The notes under the pieces are model-generated. The model saw only the letters and a program-made list of their open reading frames with translations. It had not been told where the DNA came from and searched no databases. This document shows positions 20,300-29,461 of a stretch of DNA of 61,438 nucleotides, piece after piece. The position numbers and the translations under genes were made by a program. Within the stretch, counting starts at the first letter, position 1, and every line of letters starts with the position of its first letter. Origin of the DNA: Chitinophagales bacterium (GTDB taxonomy: Bacteria > Bacteroidota > Bacteroidia > Chitinophagales > Chitinophagaceae); the NCBI GenBank assembly GCA_038234405.1, contig JBBQTZ010000001.1:1-61438 (forward strand), written 5' to 3'.

Positions 20300-21589
20300 A
20301 TGAAATACCTGCCAATAAATTCAAAAATTTTTATCCAAAACAGAGCCCGTTTTATAAAGCAGTTAGATAAAAATTCTATTGCTATTTTTAATAGTAATGA
20401 TGAATTACCATCAAATGGAGATGCAATACACACGTTTAAGCAAAATTCAGATTTACTGTGGTTAACAGGCATTGAGCAGGAAGATAGCATGTTGATTTTG
20501 TTTCCGGATAACCCCGATAAAAAGTATAGAGAAGTATTAGTATTAACAAGGCCAAATGAGTTAAAAGAAAAATGGGATGGGCGCCGATTAAGAATTGCGG
20601 AAGCAACTGCCATATCCGGTATAGAAACTATTGTGTGGCTAGATGCTTTAGATGCATCTTTGCAGCCATGGATTCACCTTGCAGATAATATTTACCTAAA
20701 TACCAATGAAAATGATCGCAAGGCAAATCTGGTACCAATAAGGGATTACCGTTATGCAGAAATGATGAAACAACGCTTTCCTTTGCATACATTTAAAAGA
20801 AGTGCAAAAATACTGAAAGAACTTAGAGCAATAAAGAGTGTATTGGAGGTAGAAGTTATTCAAAAAGCTATTAATATTACCGAAGTTACTTTTAAAAGAC
20901 TGCTACAATTTATTAAACCCGGCACAATGGAATATGAAATTGAAGCCGAAATTATGCATTCTTTTTTGATGCAGCGAGCAACCGGACAGGCTTATAATGG
21001 CATTATTGCCAGTGGAGACCGGGCAAGAACCCTACATTATGTTGATAATAACCAGGAGTGTAAAGACGGTGATTTGGTATTAATGGATTTTGGGGCTTTG
21101 TATGGTAATTATGCAGCAGATTTAACCAGAACAATACCTGTTAATGGTAAATTTACAAATAGACAGAAAGAGGTGTACAACTGCTGTCTTCATTTGCATA
21201 GGTATGCTGCCGGTATTTTAAAACCAGGTATTAGCATAGTTGATTATACAGAAAAAATTGGTGAGGAAGCAACAGTTGCATTTCAAAAAATTGGATTAAT
21301 TAATAAAGCAGATGTAAAAAATGAAGATCCCAGCAACAGGGCTTACAAAAAGTATTTGTATCATGGTATTTCTCATCATCTTGGTTTAGATGTACATGAT
21401 ATTGGAACCAGAACCGCAGCAATAAAACAAGGAATGGTTTTTACAATTGAACCAGGCATATATATTGAAGAAGAAAAAATGGGCGTTAGGATTGAAAACA
21501 ACTTTTGGATAACAAAAAATGGTAATAAAGATTTGATGAAGAATATACCAATTACGGTAGAAGAAATTGAACAGTTAATGGCCAGGTAA
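20300..21589 (+). CDS. pepP: Xaa-Pro aminopeptidase (M24B)
   Basis: FKQNSD N-domain, LHY, DFG..YAADLTRT, HHLGLDVHD, TIEPGIY, GVRIEN. Confidence 0.92.
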   Translation: MKYLPINSKIFIQNRARFIKQLDKNSIAIFNSNDELPSNGDAIHTFKQNSDLLWLTGIEQEDSMLILFPDNPDKKYREVLVLTRPNELKEKWDGRRLRIAEATAISGIETIVWLDALDASLQPWIHLADNIYLNTNENDRKANLVPIRDYRYAEMMKQRFPLHTFKRSAKILKELRAIKSVLEVEVIQKAINITEVTFKRLLQFIKPGTMEYEIEAEIMHSFLMQRATGQAYNGIIASGDRARTLHYVDNNQECKDGDLVLMDFGALYGNYAADLTRTIPVNGKFTNRQKEVYNCCLHLHRYAAGILKPGISIVDYTEKIGEEATVAFQKIGLINKADVKNEDPSNRAYKKYLYHGISHHLGLDVHDIGTRTAAIKQGMVFTIEPGIYIEEEKMGVRIENNFWITKNGNKDLMKNIPITVEEIEQLMAR

Positions 21590-21710
21590 CCAAAAGACTT
21601 ACATTTAACAATCATTGAAAAAGGTATTTACATTAAATTTTATAATTGAAACCTTATTAAAATACCAAAAAATTTAAGCATTTAGCCGGCCTTTGCTGGT
21701 ATTTTTTCTT

Positions 21711-22484
21711 ATGAAACAAATTCCAAATCTTTTTACTTTACTAAATCTTTTCTTTGGGTGTATAGCCATTGTATTTGCATTGCAAACCGATAGCATCCAC
21801 ATATACACGAATGAAGAATTTTCAAGTAGTTTTAATATACCAGAAAAACTAGCTTATGCGGCTTTATACATATTTGCCGCTGCATTGATCGATTTTTTAG
21901 ACGGCTTTGTTGCTCGTTTTTTTAATGCAAGTTCCGAAATGGGCAAGCAATTAGATTCTCTGGCAGATGTGGTTAGTTTTGGAGTAGCACCAGGTATAAT
22001 TTTATACCAGCTACTTAGAATGAGTTTTATTAGAGAAGAAAATGGGCTCGATGTTTCAATAGCCTGGTTGATGCCAGCCTTTATTTTGAGTTGCGCTGCT
22101 GCTTATCGGCTTGCAAAATTTAATTTAGATACTAGTCAGCACTATGGCTTTAAAGGAGTACCAACACCCGCTGCCGGCCTTTTAGTAGCATCTTTACCGC
22201 TAATATTGCATTATGGTAATCCATATCTTAATATTAGTGAGTGGCTAATTAATAAATGGGTGCTCTATGTTTTAATAGTATCTGTTAGTTGGCTTATGGT
22301 TAGTAATTTACCTTTAATTGCTTTAAAATTTAAAGACTACTCCCTTAAAAACAACTTACCAAAAATAATTTTACTAACGATAGGTATTATAGCTACAGTT
22401 TTTTTAAGGTGGTTGGCAGTTCCTTTAATATTCATTGCATACATTATTTTATCTTTGGTTTTTAACAAAAACAATAACACATGA
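21711..22484 (+). CDS. pssA: CDP-alcohol phosphatidyltransferase (phosphatidylserine synthase)
   Basis: IPNLFTLLN; DFLDGFVAR..GKQLDSLADVVSFGVAP. Confidence 0.9.
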   Translation: MKQIPNLFTLLNLFFGCIAIVFALQTDSIHIYTNEEFSSSFNIPEKLAYAALYIFAAALIDFLDGFVARFFNASSEMGKQLDSLADVVSFGVAPGIILYQLLRMSFIREENGLDVSIAWLMPAFILSCAAAYRLAKFNLDTSQHYGFKGVPTPAAGLLVASLPLILHYGNPYLNISEWLINKWVLYVLIVSVSWLMVSNLPLIALKFKDYSLKNNLPKIILLTIGIIATVFLRWLAVPLIFIAYIILSLVFNKNNNT

Positions 22485-22726
22485 TTTTTACAGTACAAAT
22501 AAAGGTAATGCCATTAAAAGAGTTATTAGATCCGCAAGGTAAAGCTGTGCTGGGTGGTTTACAAAATCTTGGAATAACAGCAATAAGCGATGTAAGAATC
22601 GGCAAAAGTATTGTTCTTCAAATAGATGCAACATCTGCTGATGAGGCAAAACAAATTGCTGACGAAGCAACCAGAAAATTGTTAGCCAATCAGGTAATGG
22701 AGATGTTCGAAATAGCCATCAGCTAA
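22481..22726 (+). CDS. purS: Phosphoribosylformylglycinamidine synthase subunit PurS
   Basis: LLDPQGKAV, VRIGK, LLANQVME. Confidence 0.93.
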   Translation: MIFTVQIKVMPLKELLDPQGKAVLGGLQNLGITAISDVRIGKSIVLQIDATSADEAKQIADEATRKLLANQVMEMFEIAIS

Positions 22727-22988
22727 ATCAAATCCACATGTGCAATTGAAAATTTATATGAATTTTTATCTGCTAATTAACTGACTGGCAGAAAGCTATT
22801 TTTAACTAATAACAATTCAATTTCTCCTCTTTTAAAAGTTAAAATCATTTTTTTAATTATTTTATTTGGTTTCATAAAAAATACACCAATAGTTTCTACC
22901 GCAATATTTGGTTAAATATAAAAATATTTTAAAAATACAAGTTAAAACCACTGTATTTTTAAGATGTTGATGCCTTAATTTAAAAATT

Positions 22989-23654
22989 ATGCTTTACATT
23001 ATACCTACGCCAATTGGTAATTTGGCTGATTTTACTTTTAGGGCTGTAGAGATTTTAAAGGTTGTTGACCTTATATTGGCAGAAGACACAAGAACATCTT
23101 CTGTGCTACTGAACCACTACCAAATTCACAAGCCAATTACACCCTACCACCAGCATAATGAACATAAAATTGTAACGCACCTTGCAGATCAAATGCAAAC
23201 AGGTAAAACAATGGCCTTGCTTACAGATGCCGGTACGCCAGGCATTAGCGATCCTGCTTTTTTATTGGTACGTGAGTGTGTAAAGCAACAAATTAGAGTT
23301 GAATGTTTGCCAGGTGCTACAGCTTTTGTGCCTGCACTTGTAAATAGTGGTTTACCCATTAACAGCTTTTGTTTTGAAGGTTTTTTGCCCTTAAAAAAAG
23401 GTAGACAAACGTTTTTAAAACGCATGGCTTTAGAAGAGCGTACAATGGTTTTTTATGAAAGTCCAATGCGCCTGGTTAAAACTATCCATGATTTTATTGA
23501 ATATTTTGGAGCAGAAAGACAATGCTGTGTAAGCCGTGAACTAACAAAAAAATTTGAAGAAAATAAAAGAGGCTCATTGCAGGAGATATATAATTATTTT
23601 AGCGAAAAACCTGTAAAAGGTGAGATAGTTATTGTAGTACAGGGTAAATCCTGA
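22989..23654 (+). CDS. rsmI: 16S rRNA (cytidine1402-2'-O)-methyltransferase
   Basis: LYIIPTPIGNLAD, AEDTR, DAGTPGISDP, FEGFLP, YESP, RELTKKFEE. Confidence 0.96.
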   Translation: MLYIIPTPIGNLADFTFRAVEILKVVDLILAEDTRTSSVLLNHYQIHKPITPYHQHNEHKIVTHLADQMQTGKTMALLTDAGTPGISDPAFLLVRECVKQQIRVECLPGATAFVPALVNSGLPINSFCFEGFLPLKKGRQTFLKRMALEERTMVFYESPMRLVKTIHDFIEYFGAERQCCVSRELTKKFEENKRGSLQEIYNYFSEKPVKGEIVIVVQGKS

Positions 23655-24018
23655 TTCATTTTTTTTGGTACTGTACTTCTTAGGTAATTATTTGTTTTAT
23701 AACCTGTAAAATATTATTAATTTACCCTTTAATTAAAGTAATATAATACCGTAGTTTCACTGCCAAATGGTAGACTTTTTTAAGATTCTTCCGTAAAACT
23801 TTTATTATGCACTCAAATTTCTTATTAACTGTAAACAATCAAGATGTTTTTTACAAACTTTTAAAAATATTTTTTAAATCATTTTAAGAAAAAATGTTTT
23901 TAATCTCAATAGTTTAACCGGTGATTCTAAGTATATTTATTTTACTTTCAAAGTTCAAAATAAATCTGCAATATTCCTTGTAAGCCACACCTCCAGAAAC
24001 CATAGAAACATATTTTAA

Positions 24019-24618
24019 ATGTTTACTATGAACAAGTATAAAGAATTATCGATTGGCAAAATCGATTCAGATTTTGCAGCCACAGTAATTCCACCTTATC
24101 CTGCTTTGCATGCTATTAATAAAGAGGAAATAACAGTAGTGTCTAAAATAATTCAACTGCCAGCAGATGAAAATCTATCTACAGATGCGGAAGAATTGGC
24201 GGTGAAAAAAGTACAAAAAAAGCAGGGGAACACCCGTTCTAAAGTAAAGCCTTGTTTCATAGAAGACGTTTCCTCCTTACCAGGTTCAACGCTTTTCAGG
24301 CTTTTCGTAAAAAATGGCGAATATGTATATGCAAGGCCTCAGGATATTTTAATGATTGAGAGTTGCGATCACATGGTAAAAGTTTATTTACTTGTAAATG
24401 ACAAACCAAAAAAAACAATTCGCCATAATACCTTAAAAGATTTTTTATTACAGCTTCCACAGAATCATTTTTTACGTATTGGAAGGTTTTGTGCCGTAAA
24501 CACACAGCGTATTTCAGGTGGTAATTGTAATGATCAAACCTTTGAATTCGATTTTAAGATTTCTATTAAATTAAAACACGCCATATCTCAATCTGCTTTT
24601 GGCAATATTGGAAAATAA
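24019..24618 (+). CDS. Stand-alone LytTR-family DNA-binding regulator (no receiver domain)
   Basis: C-terminal DILMIESCDHMVKVY...TLKDFLLQLPQNHFLRIGRFCAVN resembles LytTR (I.yie..d.y; FlRiHrS.ivN); the N-terminal ~90 aa lacks REC motifs. Confidence 0.75.
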   Translation: MFTMNKYKELSIGKIDSDFAATVIPPYPALHAINKEEITVVSKIIQLPADENLSTDAEELAVKKVQKKQGNTRSKVKPCFIEDVSSLPGSTLFRLFVKNGEYVYARPQDILMIESCDHMVKVYLLVNDKPKKTIRHNTLKDFLLQLPQNHFLRIGRFCAVNTQRISGGNCNDQTFEFDFKISIKLKHAISQSAFGNIGK

Positions 24619-24632
24619 ATTACCCCCTTTTA

Positions 24633-24723
24633 AGCTTCATGGTTTTTTTTGTACTGTTTACGTTTATAAAAGTGCGCTTCACGTTATTTCTATTGCATTC
24701 CTACTGCTTTGTTTCTATGTTTA
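24633..24723 (+). promoter_or_regulatory. Candidate LytTR direct-repeat boxes plus promoter for the eCIS operon
   Basis: Cores CTTCAT (24635), GTTTAC (24656), CTTCAC (24677) at a 21-bp period; TTG at 24693-24695 and TATGTTTA at 24716-24723. Confidence 0.45.
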
Positions 24724-24931
24724 AATAATCAAATTAAGTACATCTAATTTCAGTTTAACGTTTGTCTAACCATTACTTAAGTAATGTTTCGTCATTTCCC
24801 TCTACCTATTTTTAAACCATTGATAATAAAAATTTTATTTACACTACCGTTTTTGGCATATTGTAAACCAGGTTTAAATAATGTACCTGATTTAAAATAT
24901 TGCCATATTCAAAAAAACAGAAAAAAAATAA

Positions 24932-25477
24932 ATGATTTTCCCTGCAATACAATCTATACAAACTGATTTAAACACTACTGTTTCTGCCGAAGTGGGAAAT
25001 ATTGGCGAAATATTGGCAACAAATACTCATGGTTCTGAAAAGGACATTATTATATCTCTTGTTAACATTGAAGAAAACCGTGTTTCACGGGATCCACAAA
25101 ATTATTTAAGAACAGATGCTGGAATAGTTATGAAAAATCCGGCTATTCATTTGAATTTAACGCTTTTGTTTACATCTGTTAAATTAGACACTGGTTACCA
25201 GGTGGCATTACAAAATATTCAACGGGTGATAGAATTTTTTCAAAAAAAAAATGTTTTTGATCACTCTAATACTGTAGGACTAGATGCCGGAATTGAAAAA
25301 CTTATACTTGAAATGATGAGTATGAATCTTGAACAATTGCACCAGCTATGGTCAATGCTTGGTGGTAAATACCATCCTTCTGTTGCCTACCGCATGAGAA
25401 TGATAACAATTGACAGCGTATCTGAAATTAATGGCTCATTAATAAAAGAAATTGAATCAAATTTTCAATTAAAGTAA
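24932..25477 (+). CDS. eCIS cap / tail terminator (DUF4255, Pvc16/Afp16-like)
   Basis: ISLVNIEE, P.HLNL.LLF, LWSMLGGKYHPSVAY motifs; first gene of the cluster. Confidence 0.88.
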   Translation: MIFPAIQSIQTDLNTTVSAEVGNIGEILATNTHGSEKDIIISLVNIEENRVSRDPQNYLRTDAGIVMKNPAIHLNLTLLFTSVKLDTGYQVALQNIQRVIEFFQKKNVFDHSNTVGLDAGIEKLILEMMSMNLEQLHQLWSMLGGKYHPSVAYRMRMITIDSVSEINGSLIKEIESNFQLK

Positions 25478-25486
25478 AGGTTAATT

Positions 25487-26077
25487 ATGACCATTATTAA
25501 AAGAGATACAATCAGTACTATTTATAAAGAATTGTTTACCATCAAATTTTTGCATGAAGGCTATGGCATTTTGTATAAAAAATTTTTAGCAGATAATATT
25601 GATTTTGAACTTGATAAGGAAACAAGGAATTTGTTTTTTCGGCATAGTATGGGGTTTCGTTTTTTAAATGATAAGTTGATTTGTTTTATAAGAGTAAAAG
25701 AACCCTCGCCACCAATTGCAAATACCAAACAACCTTTTATAAAGTTTTTAGGTAAAGTAAAAATTCGTTTTCTATTAAATGCAACAACAAGTTTTTTTAG
25801 TGAAACTGATATAACTATTACAGGTGCTAAGCAGGTTTATTATTTTACCAACAAAGTAAATATTGCCACGAATGGATTTATTTGCATGCACACCGCTGGA
25901 GTAAATATGGATGATTTAGCCAATACTGAAATATTGAAGCCAGATAAAAATTGTTTTAGTGTGATAGATATATTTAACAACGGAGCAGTAAACAATAGTT
26001 ATGATTTATTTGATGGTACTGTTGCACAAATATTAAAAAGTCCATCTTACACAATTCGCTTTAAAAGTAAAATGTAA
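25487..26077 (+). CDS. eCIS-associated hypothetical protein, possible cap adaptor (Alg16B-like position)
   Basis: LF.I...HEGY N-terminus and Y.IRF C-terminus; lies between cap and sheath genes as in Bacteroidota CIS loci. Confidence 0.55.
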   Translation: MTIIKRDTISTIYKELFTIKFLHEGYGILYKKFLADNIDFELDKETRNLFFRHSMGFRFLNDKLICFIRVKEPSPPIANTKQPFIKFLGKVKIRFLLNATTSFFSETDITITGAKQVYYFTNKVNIATNGFICMHTAGVNMDDLANTEILKPDKNCFSVIDIFNNGAVNNSYDLFDGTVAQILKSPSYTIRFKSKM

Positions 26078-26113
26078 TTCTATAATTTTTTTAATAATTA
26101 AAATTAAAAATTC

Positions 26114-27595
26114 ATGTCACAAATTAATGAAACAGCTATTAAAACGCCTGGGGTGTATATTAACGAAATACCATCTTTTCCACCCTCAATAGCACAGGTA
26201 TCTACTGCTATACCAGTTTTTATTGGTTACACAGCAAAAGCACTTGATGCAGCAGGTAATTCGCTTACAAAAATTCCTGCTAAAATCTTTTCATTGCTGG
26301 AATATGTACAGTTTTTTGGTAAAGCATTAAATGAGGCGGATATCAACGTAGCAATAGCAAAAACAATTAGCGGTGGCGTGGTAACTTCCGTATCTGGAAA
26401 AGCTTCAATCAACACTCCATCCAAACATAACATGTATTATAATTTGCGCCTTTATTTCGACAATGGTGGAGGGCCATGTTATATTTTATCTGTAGGGCCA
26501 ATGGGTTCAGGGATAACAGATACCGACCTTGAAGCTGGTTTAAATATCATTGAAGCTTATGATGAGCCAACACTAATAGTATTTCCGGAAGGTATTGCCC
26601 TGCTGCAAGACCCTGCAAATGTTGCAGATATATCAGACTCAAGCAAGTACGATGAAAGTAAGTATTATGCTTTAATTAGTAAAGCAATTGATCAGTGTGC
26701 CAAGCTTCAGGATAGGTTTACCATAATTGATGTAATACGGATATTAAGTACCGACACAACTACTACAAGCATCAATTTTTTCAGAAATATAGCCCCACAT
26801 CTTACTGGTTTTGGAAAAAACAATAACCTCAATTATGGTGCAGCTTATTACCCCTATTTAAAAACTACGTATGGGTATCAATATGTAGATACAGATGTTG
26901 ACATTGTAATTACTACAGATGGAGTTGCGGCTGCCGCAGTTAAATTAAGCACCTTACTTGCAATAGATAAAGCTACCTATTTTGCAAGTGTTGGGGCTAT
27001 TCAAAAACTTACTATTACCCTACCGCCATCATCGGCAATAGCAGGTATTTATGCTGCAGTTGATGGTTCTCGTGGTGTATGGAAGTCTCCTGCAAATGTA
27101 TCGCTCAATTCAGTATTTGATATTACAGATATTGTTACAGATGAAGAGCAGCAAACAATGAATATTGATGCTGATTCTGGTAAGTCTGTAAATGCTATCC
27201 GGGCATTTTCTGGTAAAGGAATATTAATATGGGGAGGTAGAACCTTAGATGGTAACAGTAGTGAATGGCGTTATATTTCCGTAAGGCGATTTTTTATAAT
27301 GGTAGAAGAATCCGTAAAGAAAGCTACCGCTCAATTTGTATTTGAACCAAACGATGCCAATACCTGGGTGAGGTTGAGAGCTATGATTGAAAATTATCTT
27401 ACACTATTATGGAGGCAAGGCGCATTAGCCGGTGCAAAACCAGAGCATGCATTTTTTGTAAGAGTAGGTTTGGGCCAAACAATGACCCCCATTGATATTT
27501 TAGATGGTAAACTTATTGTTGAAATTGGTTTAGCTGCTGTAAGGCCGGCAGAGTTTATTATACTGCGTTTTATGCATAAAATGCAAGAATCTTAA
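26114..27595 (+). CDS. Contractile tail sheath protein (Afp2/3/4-like)
   Basis: KTPGVYINEI, TAIPVFIGYT, RGVWKSPAN, IWGGRTL, WRYISVRR, FEPND, VRPAEFI. Confidence 0.96.
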   Translation: MSQINETAIKTPGVYINEIPSFPPSIAQVSTAIPVFIGYTAKALDAAGNSLTKIPAKIFSLLEYVQFFGKALNEADINVAIAKTISGGVVTSVSGKASINTPSKHNMYYNLRLYFDNGGGPCYILSVGPMGSGITDTDLEAGLNIIEAYDEPTLIVFPEGIALLQDPANVADISDSSKYDESKYYALISKAIDQCAKLQDRFTIIDVIRILSTDTTTTSINFFRNIAPHLTGFGKNNNLNYGAAYYPYLKTTYGYQYVDTDVDIVITTDGVAAAAVKLSTLLAIDKATYFASVGAIQKLTITLPPSSAIAGIYAAVDGSRGVWKSPANVSLNSVFDITDIVTDEEQQTMNIDADSGKSVNAIRAFSGKGILIWGGRTLDGNSSEWRYISVRRFFIMVEESVKKATAQFVFEPNDANTWVRLRAMIENYLTLLWRQGALAGAKPEHAFFVRVGLGQTMTPIDILDGKLIVEIGLAAVRPAEFIILRFMHKMQES

Positions 27596-27640
27596 CAAAC
27601 AAAAAACATACGTCATCTTTTAAATTTTAAATAAATAATT

Positions 27641-28072
27641 ATGGCAACATATCCCATACCTAAGTTTCATTTTCGAGTTGAGTGGGGCGGTACCCGTATT
27701 GGCTTTACAGAAGTAACAGGTTTAGAAGTTAGTACAGATGTAATTGAATATAGGGATGGTGCAAGCCCTGAATATTCAAAAATAAAAATGCCCGGTATGC
27801 AAAAATTTGGCAACATTACTATGAAGCGGGGCACTTTTGCACACGATAATGAATATTATAATTGGTGGAATACCCATGCATTAAATACCATTGAACGCAG
27901 AGATTTAACCATCTCTTTATTAAATGAAAAGCACGAACCGGTAGTAGTTTGGAAAGTAAAAAATGCATGGCCGGTAAAAGTGCAATCAACAGACCTTAAA
28001 GGTGATGGAAATGAAGTTGCTATTGAAACAATTGAAATTGCCCATGAAGGGCTTACCATACAAAACGATTAA
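27641..28072 (+). CDS. Tail tube protein (gp19/Afp1-like)
   Basis: YPIPKFHFRVEW, F.EVTGL, KMPG..FGNITMKRG, AWPVK, VAIETIEIAHE. Confidence 0.95.
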   Translation: MATYPIPKFHFRVEWGGTRIGFTEVTGLEVSTDVIEYRDGASPEYSKIKMPGMQKFGNITMKRGTFAHDNEYYNWWNTHALNTIERRDLTISLLNEKHEPVVVWKVKNAWPVKVQSTDLKGDGNEVAIETIEIAHEGLTIQND

Positions 28073-28074
28073 AT

Positions 28075-28569
28075 ATGGATTTTTTTGCACCACCAGTAGG
28101 ATTTCATTTTTTAGTTGTATTTGAATTGTTTCCACAAACACCGCAAGACTTTCGTTTTCAGGAAGTGTCCGGACTAGATGTAGAAATTGAAATGGAGCCA
28201 ATAAAGGAAGGAGGTCAAAATCGTTTTACACATCAATTACCCGTTAGAAACCGATATACCGATATTACTTTAAAGCGAGGGTTGTTTATTGGTTCGGGTA
28301 TTACTTTATGGTGTAAAAATGCTATTGAAGATTTTTTATTTGTGCCTACCAATGTTTTGATTTCATTACTTAGTCCTGAGCACTTGCCTTTACAATCATG
28401 GTATGTTATTAATGCCGTACCAAAAAAAATACAAGTCTCCAATTTTAATGCCATGGAAAATTCTGTAGTAGTAGAATCTTTAGTTTTAAGCTATAACTAT
28501 TTTACTACAATAGGGGTAGAGTCATTATTTAGCGGTGCGGCATCTGTTGGTGCAAGCATATCAATTTAA
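28075..28569 (+). CDS. Second tail tube / tube initiator (Afp5-like)
   Basis: PPVGFHF.V, FQEVSGL, EGGQNRF..QLP, LKRG. Confidence 0.92.
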   Translation: MDFFAPPVGFHFLVVFELFPQTPQDFRFQEVSGLDVEIEMEPIKEGGQNRFTHQLPVRNRYTDITLKRGLFIGSGITLWCKNAIEDFLFVPTNVLISLLSPEHLPLQSWYVINAVPKKIQVSNFNAMENSVVVESLVLSYNYFTTIGVESLFSGAASVGASISI

Positions 28570-28576
28570 AATTATT

Positions 28577-28744
28577 ATGCCAATAGAAATTAAAGAATTG
28601 TACATAAAGGCAGTGGTTTCAGATACCTCAAGGCAAAATAGCAGCCAGCCAGTGGTAATAGATATTTCAAAAATTAAGCAGGATTTGTTGAAAGAATGTG
28701 TGCAGCAGGTTGTAGAAATACTTAAAGAAAAAACTGAACGCTAA
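28577..28744 (+). CDS. Small eCIS protein DUF5908 (Afp6/Alg6 plug-like)
   Basis: Start at 28577: MPIEIKELYIKAVV...ECVQQVVEILKEKTER. Confidence 0.8.
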   Translation: MPIEIKELYIKAVVSDTSRQNSSQPVVIDISKIKQDLLKECVQQVVEILKEKTER

Positions 28745-29448
28745 TGATTGGAAAACTGGATAAAATGCTGTTGCAGGCATATACAGATGAAGCCTTTGAA
28801 AATAAGAAAGGAGATCCCTTTACTGTATTGATTAATCCTGAATCGTACACCATAAAGTACAGGATTAATCAATCTGAAAGCCGGGGACAGGGTACATCTC
28901 ATCCAAGATTGGTATTCAATAACATTGCCGAACAAGATATTCATTTTGATTTTGTGTTTGATAGCTCAGGTGTAGTGGTAAAGCCAGCTTTTTTAAAGAT
29001 TGGCATAATAAATCCTTTTGCAGAAACCGATAATATTATTGAGCAGATAGAAATATTTAAGAAGCTCATGTTTTACTACCAAAGTGAAACCCATCGGCCC
29101 AACTTTGTAGCACTAAAATGGGGCACCTTATTGTTTAAAGGGCAAATGATATCAATGGATATTGATTATAAACTCTTTAAGCCTGATGGTACACCAATAA
29201 GAGCCATTGCAAGAGTTGATTTTAAGGGTTCTATCGAAGAAGATTTACGGGTAGCAAAGGAAAATTCATTATCACCGGATATAACCCATGAGCGATTGTT
29301 TAGTGCAAATGATCGTTTTGATTTGGTTATAAATAAAATCTACCAAAATACTACTTATTATATGGATGTAGCAAAAGCTAATGGACTTACAGGCTTTCGC
29401 AACATTGTACCGGGAACAAAATTGTTTTTTCCTCCCATAGAAAAATAA
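28744..29448 (+). CDS. CIS tube-initiator/LysM-like protein (Afp7-like)
   Basis: INPESY, WGTLLFKG, LFKPDGTPIRA, SPDITH, VAKANGL..FR...PG..L.FPP. Confidence 0.88.
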   Translation: MIGKLDKMLLQAYTDEAFENKKGDPFTVLINPESYTIKYRINQSESRGQGTSHPRLVFNNIAEQDIHFDFVFDSSGVVVKPAFLKIGIINPFAETDNIIEQIEIFKKLMFYYQSETHRPNFVALKWGTLLFKGQMISMDIDYKLFKPDGTPIRAIARVDFKGSIEEDLRVAKENSLSPDITHERLFSANDRFDLVINKIYQNTTYYMDVAKANGLTGFRNIVPGTKLFFPPIEK

Positions 29449-29461
29449 TCTAAAAAATTTA

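Noticed and set aside
22727-22988. Missing purQ/purL after purS as a deletion scar
   Set aside because: No purQ-like remnant is visible, and pur genes are often dispersed in Bacteroidota
24784-24966. 60-aa ORF upstream of the cap gene as a leader peptide
   Set aside because: No recognisable motif, overlaps the DUF4255 start in another frame, and is likely by chance in AT-rich DNA; cannot be fully excluded
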